Source of the DNA: Phyllosticta citribraziliensis
Lineage: Eukaryota
DNA length: 64,000 nucleotides
Direction: 5' to 3'
NCBI RefSeq assembly: GCF_038025025.1
Contig: NW_027117350.1
Coordinates: forward strand, 310,001-374,000
Positions 47,845-61,100 of the stretch are shown here, one piece after another. Within the stretch, counting starts at the first letter, position 1. Each line of letters begins with the position of its first letter. The translations under genes and the position numbers were made by a program. The notes beneath the pieces are model-generated. The model was not told the origin of the DNA. It saw nothing but the letters and a program-made list of their open reading frames with translations, and ran no database searches.

Positions 47845-48732
47845 ATGAAATTCAATCCTCCACAAACATCCTTCTTCACAAAAGGACAGCGTGCCCAACA
47901 TGGCGACAGTCATATTGTCATCAACCAATGCTACGTCCAACATATTCCCCCGCGAATCAGCCTCTCTTCTGAAGATGCCAACGCCAAACGCAACCTGCCC
48001 GTCCTATTCATCCACGGCGGCGGCCTGACAGGTGCTATGTGGGAAGCCACGCCCGATAGACGCCCAGGCTGGGCCCACCTAGCCACACAGCAACCCTTCA
48101 ACCATCCCGTCTATCTCATCGATGCTGTAGACTACGGCCGCTCCCAACGCGCTCCCGACGCCCTTAGACTTGGCGAGACTGAGCATCGAACGGCAAAAGA
48201 CTTGTGGCAGCTCTTCCGTTTCGGGCCTCTCGATCGCTTTGACGCCCGCGAGCCGTTCCCCAACAGCCAGTTCCCCCTTGCCCACATGGACGACTTGCTT
48301 GCGATGAGCGCGGCCAGACGGCGCACCGGTGATGCGGTCGAATGTGCAGGTATCGCCGCGGCCATCCGTGAGATAGGGCCGTGCCATGTCGTCGCGCATA
48401 GCCACGGGGGCGCCCTGATGCTGAAATTGTTGGATGGCGACGACCAGCAGGCGAAGCGCCTCGTTGAGCGGTTGGTGTTGGTCGAGCCGTGGCCGGTGAT
48501 GCTCAATTCAGCGAGGAAGATGCCGAGGACCTTGGTAGTCGTAGGGGATCATGTCGAGGGGCATTGGTTGGCAGAAGAGTTGATGGAGCGGTGTCAGCGG
48601 TTGGACACAGAGAAACTACTGCACTTGCCGAGTGTCGGCATAACGGGCAATTCTCACGCTCTGATGTGCGATGGCAATAGTGACGAGGTTGGGCGGTTGG
48701 TTTTCGAGTGGCTCCAGGAGTCTGGCGTCTGA
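47845..48732 (+). CDS. Alpha/beta-fold hydrolase (esterase-like), intronless
   Basis: VLFIHGGGLTGAMWEATPDRRPGW, DAVDYGRS, nucleophile AHSHGG, LVLVEP and GITGNSHALM. Confidence 0.85.
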   Translation: MKFNPPQTSFFTKGQRAQHGDSHIVINQCYVQHIPPRISLSSEDANAKRNLPVLFIHGGGLTGAMWEATPDRRPGWAHLATQQPFNHPVYLIDAVDYGRSQRAPDALRLGETEHRTAKDLWQLFRFGPLDRFDAREPFPNSQFPLAHMDDLLAMSAARRRTGDAVECAGIAAAIREIGPCHVVAHSHGGALMLKLLDGDDQQAKRLVERLVLVEPWPVMLNSARKMPRTLVVVGDHVEGHWLAEELMERCQRLDTEKLLHLPSVGITGNSHALMCDGNSDEVGRLVFEWLQESGV

Positions 48733-49172
48733 TTTTGGATGTGCCCGTCGCCAGCTGTTGAAGTAACACCCACCAGCGTGAGTAAAGCTCCAGCTTCAAT
48801 CCGTACCTAGTGTTGGATGTGAACTTGAAGCAGCTCTTTCGTGGTGAGCAATTACGACGATCCATTGAGACTTGAACCTTGTAAGACATGCTTTTACGAT
48901 GTCCTGCTACTGAATGTCTATCGGCACGTCGTGGGCGGATTCCTTGGCCTAAAGCCTAGATCTCCCCTCACTGTTACCTCATCGTTTCTCCATGCGGGTT
49001 GCGGTTTAGAGCTTCATGGCCAGTTCTCCATTGCCTCCAATTCTCGCTCAAAAACCTTGAAAATTTCAACTTCTGAGACTTCCAGCCGCTGAAAGGCAGA
49101 AGCCCGAGTTTCTGCCCATCTAAATGGCGCGCACAAGGTGGGACCACCCAAAACCGAAAAGAATCCCTCTCA

Positions 49173-50154
49173 ATGAAGAGGGCCAATAATCTGCCTCTTT
49201 ACGACGGCGACCCAAACAAACCACCTGCCGAATGGTCGCCATTTAAAGGGAAAATGCCTAAGCCGCGGAGCAGTCCGTTCCGGGAAACCCCCACAAACTG
49301 GCCGCGTTTCGTCTTACTCGACAGAAACCAGACCATCAAATTGCTCGACAGATTTACGCCGAAGGACTTTCCCTTTCGACTCCCAAGGGGCTTGGTTCGC
49401 CACTACGTGCGAAATTTTGATTCGGAGGGCTACGTTGTAGACGTCAGCCGCACTGCAGGTCTCGACTGGGACAGCCTCCCATTAAACCACCAAGATCTTC
49501 TTCTGGAGCCGCGCATGCCCTCGGAAAACACAGATGAGATGGACTGCGAGGGCGCCGATGCTGCTGCGGATGCGAGTGATTGCGGGAGCCGCTCTTCAGC
49601 CTTGACTCAGTCACCAAGGAGCTTCATTCGGGAACGTGTACAAGATTCCCAATCGACAGGTCCACGTCGTTACTCCTCCCGCAAGCGCGTCTTCATCAAA
49701 GGTGAGCCGAGCTACCAATGTGAAAAAGAACGTCAACTTAAAACACTATCAGGGACCTACCAAACTCATGAAGCGGCTAGCCGAGGAGCTGGAACTGCGC
49801 AAAGAAGTGAAGAGACTCCAGACGGAGAACAACGCACAGAGCGCGGCTACACAGAAACACATCAATGTCAAATCCGAGCTACAGAACGATGTCGATTCCT
49901 ACAAAGGGCAGATCGAGAGCCTGCAGCGTGAAAAGGTTGCTTTGCAGAAGAAGCTCGAGAAACTTGCGAATGGCGAGGGACCAAGCAAGAAGGCGCTGGC
50001 GATGCTCTTGTTCAGCTTTCATCAGCTATATCACCAGATTTCTGACGAGGAGGATGACGCACCGGATGAATTTCTGGACGGCATCAAGGCCGATTTGGGA
50101 CCGCGAGTATTCAACAAGTTGCTTCAAACAGGCAAGGATTTATGCGACGGATGA
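49173..50154 (+). CDS. Hypothetical protein with C-terminal coiled coil; probable intron 49702-49780
   Basis: Two overlapping ORFs can be joined in frame by GTGAGC..CTAG. Heptad-like EELELRKEVKRLQTEN..IESLQREKVALQKKLEKL. Confidence 0.55.
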
Positions 50155-50315
50155 TTTGAGCCCGCAGATTGAGCCGAGTAGTGACGACCAAGCGATTTGA
50201 GGAAACAATCAGGTGAGAGACTGGGCCGCAGAATGCTTTCGTGCTTTCAAAGGAAAGTTGTTGGACTAGGAGTTCATTGGCGCTATGAGACCAAAAAGTG
50301 CTTACATATATCGAA

Positions 50316-52821
50316 TTAAAGCGGAGGCAGGACCTCCCTACAGATTGGACACTGCAGCCTGTACCGCATCCAACCTTCAAGACAGACAGAGTGGAAAATG
50401 TGCCTGCACGGCGTGACCATGTACGCCCTTCTAGCCAGCAACCCGCCCGAGAGACCAGACGCACCAGCACCATCTGCGTCCGCGGCGCTGGCAATGACCG
50501 GAACTTCCAGATCCTGCATGCAGATTGCGCAGTCAAAGATCTTCTTGCTCTTGTCCCGCGACTCGCCCGCTTTGGTCGTGGTCGTCATGCCGGCCTCTTC
50601 GCCCGCGAGCACCTTTGCGCCAGACGGCAGACTGGCACCCTCTTCATCAGCGCGGAGTACCGGGTGGTAGTCGTATGCTGGGGGCACCCAGGTGTCGCGG
50701 ACAAAGAAGCGTGGGCCGAGATGCTCCTGGCTGAGGAGCGCGCACACCTGCAGCCAGACCCATCCGCAAAGCACGGCCAGGAAGTTCAGATCTGGCTCTA
50801 TGAGGAGGATATTTCCTTTGTACGCATAGAGGTAGGCAAAAGGTAGGAGTCGGAGGATGCTTTGGCCGATGACAAAGTCCCAGCGCAACGCTTTGCGGCA
50901 GTTTCGCATGACGTTTCGGTAGATCTGAGGCACCAAAAACGACATGTACGCGAAAGTGAGGGTGGAGCTGTAGACAGACTGCACCGATGCTGGCCATGTC
51001 GTTGCATGGAGCGAAAGGAAAACTAGGCCAAAGAGGAGAAGGTAGAAACGCAAGTAGACAGAACCAAAGCCGCGACGCGGAGACCCTTGGTTGTTGGCGT
51101 TGGCGTCACCGTCTTGGTTTTCAGCAATCTCCGCGTCGATATCCTGATCCGACGGAATGATGATGGGAGTAGCCCCACTGTTAATGGCTTGCCGGGCTGT
51201 CACAGGTAGTGGGAGAGTCTCTGCACCGGCTGCCGACAGAACAGGGGCTGATGGTGGAGCAGAGGGAGTTTGGCTCCGGGAACCTGGCTGGGTGGTCTCG
51301 GGAGAATTAGGCGCCTGGGGCGAGTTTGCGGCTTGTTGCCTTTCTTCTCTACTGCGCTCCGTTGACTGGACTGTCCAGATTTCTTTCAAAAAGCCCATCC
51401 CGAAGAATATTACTGATAGGAAGGCCACATACGCAGTTGCAAGGAGCAACATGGTTGTGGACTCAATCTGCATCCCGAAAAGAGCGAAGCCAAGAAGAGC
51501 AAAGCCATCTCCAAGGGCCAAGATGGCAATGGTGTAGAAGCTGATGCGGCTTCTTGTTGACGGAGTTGACGCCTCCTTCATTTGTCGGAGGAGTAGGAGA
51601 AGCTGTGCTGCAATGATGACCGTGAAAAGCAAGACGTGACGCCGCGCAACAAATGCATATGCTTCTGTTTTTGGGCCTTTCAGATGCTTGCCCTCTTGAG
51701 GCGCTAGGTCCGGCGGGCCTTTGGACTCTATTGTAAAACCGCAGTCTGGCGAAAAGGCAACCATGGACATGGTCATGTCGGGTGTTTTCGGCAGGAATGG
51801 TCGATGCGGGAAGCGCAATTCCTCTTCCAAATGGTGTAAGACCAAAGAATTTCCAGGTGCGGCACCACCAGGGAGATTCAACGGCACAGGATGCTGCTGG
51901 AGATAGAAGACATATTCGCAGTGCGGCACCGAGAATAAATCTTCGCCTTCCATGGTTGACGACCACGGCGCACTATCTTCCAGAATGCCCTCCTTTTGTT
52001 TCTCAATCGTTTCGTTCAGCGTCTTGTTCAGGAGGTCTCTGCCCAAACTGAAGGTATGGTTTGAAAGCGCCAGATGTGGAAGACCAAAAATGCCATCGAA
52101 CCTTTTGAACCAGTCAGCGCATCTCCAGAGCCTCCAAAACTGGTACCTACTTCTCGCTAGTAGTGGTGAGAATTATCTCGCCAAAGTCTACAAAATGAAT
52201 GCCATAGAGTATCATTTCCCACCATGTGCCAAACGACGTCTCTTCTCCAATTGTGGCTCGGGCGCTGATACGCCGTACAGAGGTATTCCACGCCTCGCCA
52301 TTCTCCTTCTCCCTAAAATGGATTCGAACATCACCGCTAGTAGCCGTGACATTTCGTTTCCAGTCTTCGGATGTGTAGGTGCCGTGCGGCGTGATTGCGG
52401 AGAGGTTGACGTGGGGCCCATCGTAGGCGCCAGTGCGCCTCCATTCTCCTTCCACAAAACCGGTGACGTTGTGATACAGCAGAGGATATTGATCACTGCC
52501 TCCTTCTATTAAGCCATCTGCAGTTTCTCCGAGAGCGTATCTTGCTTGGTCCCGCGCCTTGTCCTGTGCTGATTCCAGAAGTTCCCAGCGAAAGCCGTGT
52601 TCTGGTCTAAAGCCGGTCAGGTTCAGCGGTCTTGCGTCCTCCTCTTTCCCAAGATGTAAGTCCCCATAGGTGGAATTATTCAGCGCCTCGAGCGCACCGC
52701 GTTCGTGGGCGACGGCATGCTGCTGTCGATGAGACTCGCCTGGCGACGGAGGATCAGGCGTGAGATAGAGGAATAGAAGGATGACCAGGAGTATCGCGAA
52801 CGGCGGTGGATTGTTGGCCAT
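50316..52821 (-). CDS. TUL1: DSC complex RING-H2 E3 ubiquitin ligase TUL1/Dsc1; exons 52821-52151, 52101-50316
   Basis: LTTTSEK-FDGIFGLPHL, AFSPDCGF, TPSTRSRISF, PQIYRNVMRNCRKAL and RING CAICMQ..TPCRHIFHSVCLEGWMRYRLQCPICREVLPPL. One 49-nt intron. Confidence 0.93.
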
Positions 52822-53922
52822 CTATCGATCGGGGGGAGGCCGGAACTCCATGAGTAGGCACTGCAGGAGTTTGTGAGGTTGGGTCGTGTGGGGGTGTTGA
52901 GTTGGGAGATGGGGATACGCGGTGCTGGTCGCGAAGCCGATGGCGGAAGTAAGCCGCGCTCTACGAAACCACCGCCGACCGCCCTCTCGTCTCCGCTCAT
53001 CAATGTCTGCACAAACATCGCCGACCTTTATTAACATCAAGTTATCGAGAGCAGAAACGCACGAGACGGCATTCATCTCGACGTCGATTTGGGCAATTCC
53101 AAAGGGAATTCCCGAGATATTAGGCGCTTTCCTACAGTAATCCTCGCTTTCGACTCGACAATGTCAATGAATCTCCATCGACACGTACTTGCCGGCTTTC
53201 TTTTCTGGTAGTCTCATCTATCATCATTCACGTCATTTGACCGATTGGATCCAAGATCTGAGGCGCTCTCTTCTTAATCTCTGGTGAACCGATGCCAGTA
53301 TCCAACCACCCCGTACCTTGGTGAACAGGAAGAAAGTCCAAGAGCGCCCCCAGCTACTAAGAGCTTCTAGTTTCAGCCCTGACAGTGTACACCGGCCGTC
53401 AGGCGTGCAAGTCTACTGGAGGACATGTGCGGGTCAACTTTCAGTCTCAAAACATTCAATTTCTGCGCAGCGACTTACCAGGCTGGCGCCGCCCATCAGC
53501 CGGCAACATACAGCATCACAGTGTGAAGATGCAGGCCATCAGACGTCGGATTATCGAAAGGCGGTGCCAGAGCCGATTGTTCCATGTGCACTCTCGCGGG
53601 CGGCTTTCAGCGCGCTAACCTGAAATGGACCTTGATATTGTTCTTCGTTTTCACCTTGTCTTGCACCAGGCCGCCATATGGCAATTGTTCTTCTTCGTAT
53701 TGTCGGCTTCGCCTCTTCTTACCGCGCTTGTAACGCCACTTGAACATCTAAGCTCCTTTCCTACGATCCTCACAGACATCTCTCTCCCTTCTTTAAGGAC
53801 AAAGTTGATTCCGTGTCGTCAAATCTTACCTTCTGACCATCAGCCAAAAATCACCTTTCAGGAGTCGCATTTCCCTTTCCAACTCAGCTTCAACACCTGG
53901 GGAATCATCTCTGATCGCAAGC

Positions 53923-55133
53923 ATGGCGGACTTGGCCAGCGATGTTCCTTCCGCTTCGTTCAATCCTTTCGACCAGGTCGTCTTCTTCCGGATGGCTGAT
54001 GGAACTAAGATCCCCGTCGACATGGCAGGCCTCAGACTCTACGCTCAGTACGCCATCCGGACCTGCATCAACTACGCCACGCAAATTGGAGCCTCGATCA
54101 TCCTGCTTGCCATCCTGCTCGTCTTGACGAAGCACGAAAAACGCCGCTCCCCCATCTTCATTTTCAACACCCTGTCCCTGATCCTCAACATCTTGCGTAC
54201 AGTATTCTCGTGCCTCTATTTCACAGGAGCCTGGTGGGATCCGTACTCCTACTTCTCTGGAGACTACTCGCCCATCACCAACGCTGACATTGCGGGCTCG
54301 GTTGCCGCCACGATCCTGACGCTTGCTCTCGTCATCTGCATCGAGATATCCCTGGTCCTCCAGGTCCGGGTGGTTTGTGTGACAATCCCAAAGACGCAGC
54401 GATACGCCTTGGTCGTCTTGTCATCTCTCTTCGCTCTCACAGCCGTCGCAATTCGCTTCGTTGCGACAGTGCTCAACGTCCAGTCAATCTTGGGCGTGCA
54501 CACCACGGCACCAGACGTCGCTAACGCTTCGAACATCACCATCACGATCAGCATCTGCTTCTTCTCCCTCGTCTTCGTCGGTAAACTGGCTCTTGCAATT
54601 CGAAACCGCCGTAGGCTCGGCTTGAAGCAATTTGGCCCGATGCAAATTATCTTCGTCATGGGTTGCAACACGTTGGTCATTCCAGGTAAGAATCACTATT
54701 CCAACAAGCGTACAAACGGCTGACCCTTCTAGCCATCTTCTCCATCTTGCAATACTTTACCTCTACGCCGATGCTGGGCTCGCAAGCGCTGACGCTCGTG
54801 GCCATCTTCCTCCCCCTGTCAGCCATCTGGGCCTCCACAAAGGTCGAAGGCGAAGGCGTCGCATCGCGCGGCCACGACGCACACCACAAGCTCTTCGGTA
54901 GCTTCGGATGGAGGCGCGACCGCAACCCGTCGGCGGTCTCGGAGTCGACTTCGACGGCGCCACTCAGGGGTCCAACGTCGCCCATGTCGCACAAGACGGC
55001 CGACTCGGAGACGACCCAGGTCGATCTCGAAATTGGAAATGAGACGCACGTCTACGGTATGCACATCATCACCAGGAGGCTCCAGACAATAGACGAGAAG
55101 AGCGAGCATGAGCTGACCGTTTCTGGCGTTTAG
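53923..55133 (+). CDS. STE2: Alpha-factor-type pheromone receptor (STE2/PreB/Pre-2); exons 53923-54685, 54733-55133
   Basis: FNPFDQ, INYATQIGAS, KRRSPIFIFNTLSL, EISLVLQV, RRRLGLKQFGPMQIIFVMGC.TLVIPAIF and LVAIFLPLSAIWA. One 47-nt intron. Confidence 0.93.
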
Positions 55134-58100
55134 CCACTGCCGACAAGGTTAATCGACTCTTCCCATGATGGGATTGCAACCCAGCCCGCACGGAGTCACC
55201 ATCAGTCTGGGCCAATGGTGCATCCAGAGCCTTCCGGCAATATGGTCCTTTTGCATTTTCCCTTCTCTGGTCATTTCTTCTTCTTCTTCTCAAACAGCAA
55301 GCGTTTCATTCACCTGTCGTTCCATCTTGGACAGCTTAATGCAAAGCCCCTCATCATTCGATTTTCAAAGCGCCTGTCTTCTCAGCACAACCATTCGCTC
55401 AACGCCAAACCTTCTCTTCTTCGACACTGGCACACACAAACCGAGCATTGGACGCAAATTACAGTCCAGCATTCACTTCAGGAAGGTGATCAAACACACG
55501 ACGATTCCATTTCTTTTCTCAAAAGCGAGCGAGTAAGCAAGGGGAGTTTATGGGGGGCAAGGAGCGAGGCAGCGGGATAACACACATGGCACCAGGCGTT
55601 CGTATGTTGGTAATTAGGATGAATACAAAGCGAGTCAGCAAGCCACCAGAACTCCAGTCCACCTCCTCGTCTTTCTGCCGTCAGACCCAGGGACGCGGCG
55701 TTGGGTTGTGCGTTGCTCGAATGGGCAGCCGGAGGCAGTGCCGAGCCGAGCTCGTGGCGCGTGGTTAGGTTGTTTCCGCCAACCAACCGGCCTGCATGCC
55801 TGCCTGCCAGCCTGCCAGTCAGAGCCATACGCCTTCTCAGTGATATGTTGGTTGGCTGGCAGTCAGACTCAGGGTCTTCTACACTCCCTTCTCCCTGCAT
55901 TCGGCACGCGGACGCGAGATGCAGATGCGAAATGCATCTGTCTTGTGTGTACGTTGCGTCGTTGTCGACAGCTCACACGCAGCAGAGCATCCAAACGACA
56001 ACGCAGGCAGCCAACGCCCGTCGTTAGCCGTCTGTCTTTCAGTCAGCCAGCCAGCCAGACACATCCCCGAGCAAGCAGCGAAAGTAGGCCACGGCAAACT
56101 ACCGAGACGTCGGGACAGGAGGAAAAATGACAGAGCGCATCCATCCATTGGCACACGTTAACATCGCAGATATACGTGTAGGCATGCAGGGAGGGAGAGC
56201 AGCGCACGCCAGCAAGCGAGGAGGTCTTCTCAGAGTCCCTCCGACCAATGCCGCAAGCTGGCTCATTGCAGACCGGGTGGACCGGTTGGTGCGGCCGTCT
56301 GCGCTGGCGTACATACCCGAATCAAAGGGCGAGTGGCGCGATGGCTACTTGCGTCGATTAGCCATGACGGCCATGCATAGACAGGGGAAGCTCCATCAGT
56401 AAGCCAAGTACTGCCAGACCCTTGCCACAGCATAGCGCGGCTCGAGAGTGCGAGACAAAGAGGCATATACAACGCACGTAGCGGAGGTGGGAGCATGGGA
56501 GCCTGGCGTAGCATGGTGTAGTCGTATGCTTCTGAAGACTGAGCGCTAGCAGCCACCAGGCAATATATCCCTCCATCCAGCAGAGAGGAGACCGCGACTG
56601 AATCTCACCCCTGTCCTAGACCAGAAGACACCATCACCACCGCACAACGCTAGCTAGCTGTCGAACGAAAATCGAAGCCCACCAGAGCGACTAGAGCGCG
56701 GTAGCTCAGTTCGCCGAGGCGACCTGAGACTGTGTTATTCTGACACTTGGCGAATAGATGCGCGTACACGACCCGGTTTTCTGCACGGTTTTTGGTCGTA
56801 AAGCCCTGCCCCTGGCTACGCGTATGTATATTTGGGAAGTCATTGATTTTGGTGGTGTATTAGTCTGGCTTTAGACGGCGGAGGAACTGACTGGTGGGCT
56901 GCGAGGTGACAATGTGATGCACATGGCGTCTGTTGAGTTGATGTGTTGTGCTTTGTAGGCTGTCCGGTTGCTGTAATGGAGGATGTGTGATGACGAGCAA
57001 AGAGTGTAGAATGAGAGACGGTGGTACCATAGTCCAGCAGCTCCAGCGTTCATGACCATTTTGGAGCAACAGAAGATGTCTCGGTAAGTGGGTAGGTAGG
57101 CAGGTGGCATGAGATGGCGTTGGCTTGTTCCTGAGGACGTACGTGATCACTTGCATAGACTGGCGGCCACCAACTAGACAAGCCGGCGGAAAGCACATGT
57201 GGTTTTGGTTTCCGAAAAGGCGAAAGCAAACGCAGCTGTCGAAATGGCTAGTCTACGTGGCCGCGCACATGGCGGCCTGCCCGACTGAGTAAATCCGACA
57301 GTTTTACTAACCGAACATGGCAAGTTGGGTCAGGACCAAGGCTCCAGTATGTTTCTTGGTCTGATAGCAGAAAAGGCTCCGGTCTGTCCCGCTGCTCTTT
57401 AGCGATGAGGGTGGACAGACTAATGCACACAAACGCAAGCTAGACGGTAGGTCTGGGAATGGCGACATGGCTAGCTGCGGATGGCCCCGAAGAGCCTTGG
57501 CCGAAGCACGCACGCAAGCCTACGCGTACAGGCCCTCTGCTAGTAGCAATGCCAGGTCTGGCAGCAGGGAAGCCATTTCTTGTCAACGGCGGCACCGCGC
57601 TGGGAAACAGCGCCGCAGCGAATGGCTGCGGATCGACGACATCAAAACGTCGGCGTCTCTCCAATTGCAGCACGACGACAATCCGCCGGGAACAATCGGC
57701 TCCTCCCCCAGCTTTGCGCTAGCGGAAAGCATTGGCGTGATGAGCGTTTTGACGAAGTGTATGCCAGCGGATTCACTTGAGCTGCTCTCGTCAGGCACCT
57801 CGCTGCGTGGCTGAGTTGACAAAGGACGCCGTGCCATGCCGTACTGCTTCTCGTCGTACGTCAGTACGTCGGCGGGCAGACGGATTGCGGCAAAGCGAGG
57901 CGTGCTTAGACCGAGATAGCGGAGCAATTACTTTCTCCTAATCAAGCCAAGGGAAGAGAGCGAGGAGCCAAGACATGTCGTCTCATCTTCCCATCTCAGC
58001 GCAGCTCATTTGGTTGCTCTCGCCGTTGGTGACCCCGCTCTTTCAGCTGCTTGCTGCTCCGTGGGCCCTGCCTGGCCCCACGGTACCCACAATTTCCCCA

Positions 58101-61100
58101 TGGGCAATGCGAGGAAGGTGCACCGCGCTCGTTCTGGCGTCTCCGTATGCATCGTCCCCTCAGTGGCTCATCAGAGACGACGCGGAGGATCCCACATCTT
58201 CCTACGTCCGACGGTGAGAAGAACAGCCCCTCTTCTTCGGTCATCTCTCGCTCTCGGCCCTCTGCCCAGTCTGCGACGCGGACCCGCTGCTCCGCTGTTG
58301 CAGAGAGGCACGCCAGCAGGTCAGGGAGGGTCGTCGCCAACATATGTGGCAGCGGCACGGCCATGAGTGACTGGCAGAGGTACAACTCGTTGCCTGGAGC
58401 GGTGTTGCTGCAGAGCTGGGGGAGAAGCAGAGCTGGGGGAGAACATCCAACTTCTTTGGCTGCCCTTGCTCGATAAGATGGTGATCTTCTCCTGTCAAAG
58501 ACTCAAGTGCCTCTCGGATTTGTCCGCGGAGAGTCGGGCAGATGAAGCGTGTGGCGAGGAAGTGATCGACCATGTACTCGCCGAAGGAAACACCTAGACG
58601 GAGATGAAGACGTTTTTTTGAACAAGACTGGAAAGCGAAATTGACTGTGCACAAAGGAGATCGATGCTAGCCCGTAGCAAAGCACCTACGCATTTTCCCT
58701 TGACGTGTGGAGCCAGCCGGCCAAATGGGATTCGCCAATGCCGGTGCGTTCGACGAGAGCGCCATCAGACCCTGCTCTTCTCAGTCTGCATGAAATCCCT
58801 TATTGATGATGGCATTCAACAAATAACTTTCGATTCTTTCTTGTTATCTCCTATTCTCGCATTGGCTGAAATTCGCCAACGCTGGTGAGCCATGCCAGCA
58901 GCGGAGCAGTCCGCCACCGAGGCACCAGCGGGCGGGTACGGAGCGGGTGTTCGGAGCAGCATTGAACCTAAAGAAAGCTTTACGCTGGGATGCTCCTCAG
59001 ACGGACGCGAGTAATGGCACACGTTTCAACAGCTTGTCCCGTTTCGTTGGATGGGTTTGCGCCCTGTTTCGTTTCGTCTCGTCTCATAGTGTTTCGCTCC
59101 CCTGGGTTTCGCCGTCTGACCCCCTGGTGAACGTGCCTTGCTCCAACGTTTGCGGCATCCAACTGCCAGAGTAACGCATTGAGCGCACAGTGTGTGGACT
59201 CACAATGGCGTGTACAGACTTAATAGACACAGCTGAGCTGACTTTGAGTCTGACCGCAACTCTAAGCTGATACACCACGGTATCAGGCGTCTGCCTGTTC
59301 GAATGTCTGACCTTGCCCGTCCTCGAGGGGTGGTCTAGCAGGAAACACGACAGCAAGACCTTGCTGCAGTTGACTGTCTCTCCTGCTGTGAAAACTATGG
59401 ATTCTGAGACCAAAACAATTCTTTGATAGACGCTTTCTCGTCTGTTGGGACTGGAACAGTTTGAGCCTGCTCCAAAGCCAAGGCCGATCGCGGCGTGCTG
59501 GACCTGTGTTTCGCGTCTGCCTGCGACTGCGCATGCTGATCTGAGGCCATAGTGGTGTGAGTCTTGCAGTCGTTGTACATGGCTCAGGAGGTAGCACTGT
59601 TGGGCTGCGACAAGAGCACCATCGCTGCGGTGCTGGAGCTGTGCTGTGTGCTGCTTGCGAAGGGGCGAACTTGAGCACGAACAAAGGGCACTGTGTCAAT
59701 GTAGGGTGCGAAGTTTCAGAGTACTGCTTCCATGAGCTTCTGCTGTCCCCCAGTTCTCTCCCTGTACGGATGCAGTCAAACAGCACCACTGGTGGTACGT
59801 AGACCGCTGACCCGACAACTTGGATTTGGGCACGGGAAGCAGGATGCGGCGGCACGAAGGTCCGGCGGCTGCGTCCGCCTTCTTGCTGTCTATCCGCGAC
59901 TTGTGCAGATGTCGTACGATGGAGGCGTTGAGGATATACTCGCAGATGCTGTGGTGATTAGTCAAAGCGTCGGAATCTCTGTTGAACTGCGGCCAAGGCA
60001 TTCGAGAGGTACCGATCACGCTATACAGCAGGAAAGTCGCGCCCTCGAAGGTAAATTTGGATGATGAGCGGAGAGTAGTGTAGTCGTTGAATGCGTCGGT
60101 GCGTCTGTTGTGTCCTCGTCTTGTTGCTTTCATTCTTTTTCTGTTTAGTTGCCCGCCTGCAGAGGTTGAGAATTTGTTCCATAGTGCCACATAGGCACGT
60201 TTCTTTTGGCGGGACGGGTGGTGTGATGGCCGGCCATCCAGGTGTTGATCTTCCGTTCCTGCATGCGTCTCCGCCTCTTGCATCGTCGCACGGCGCCGGC
60301 AGGCCTGTCAAAAGCAAGAAATTTCCCAACCACTAGAGCCGCTCCCGTGTATGTAGATAGCCGGCGACCCCTAGCCACAGATACAGCTGGCATAGTCTGT
60401 CCAGTCAGTCTCAGAGCTCTGGGAGCATCCAATGATTCCACCAAAATTCTCATGCGAGATATTTGGGGTCGCTGGGCAGGCTCTTGGTCCCCACATGTAA
60501 TCTGCGGTACCAACAATGGCCACGCTGCACGTCCTGTCTTTTAGCAAATCAGTGTCAAGGCAGAAATGTCTCCACTTTCGAGGCTTTTCCAAATATCATG
60601 CAATGTGGCTTTCCGCCCACTCTGTCACCGCATCGCGCTTGCGCCGGTTGTGACACTGTACGCGCGCCCCGACCCGTCCGGGTGCAAATCATCGTCAATC
60701 ACGATTTCCGTCAGCAGCATGGCGGGAAAAAGCATCCGATGGCTGAACCTGCAACCGAGCGCTTGCTGAGCGCGCTCCTTGAAGATGCGGCGCTTGCAGG
60801 TCGCATCTGCATCTACTGCGTTGTGTCGTGGCAGCAAAAAGAGTGAAAATAAAAGTGGACTGGAAAAGGAATACCAAAAGACTGGTTGACAAATAGAAAA
60901 GCAAACCAATTTTAGAACCGGATAGCGACCTTGGTAATGCTGTGTTGGAGACGACGACGAAAACACCAGCAGCCCACAGGCCCAAGCGTATCTGCGTTCT
61001 GTTGAGCAGTGCCGATGCCGCATCGGCGGCGGAAGCGTCAAATGCAACACAAGGATAGATGAGTACATAGCAAAAGATGGCGAGAAAGGGACACATCGCA

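Noticed and set aside
53630..53810. ATTGTT/ACAAAG HMG-box-like sites upstream of STE2
   Set aside because: Six-mers too short to distinguish from background without conservation data.
57737..57814. GTGATGA...CTGA with TCGCTGCGT antisense to 5.8S rRNA
   Set aside because: 9-nt match interrupted before the D box; compatible with chance.
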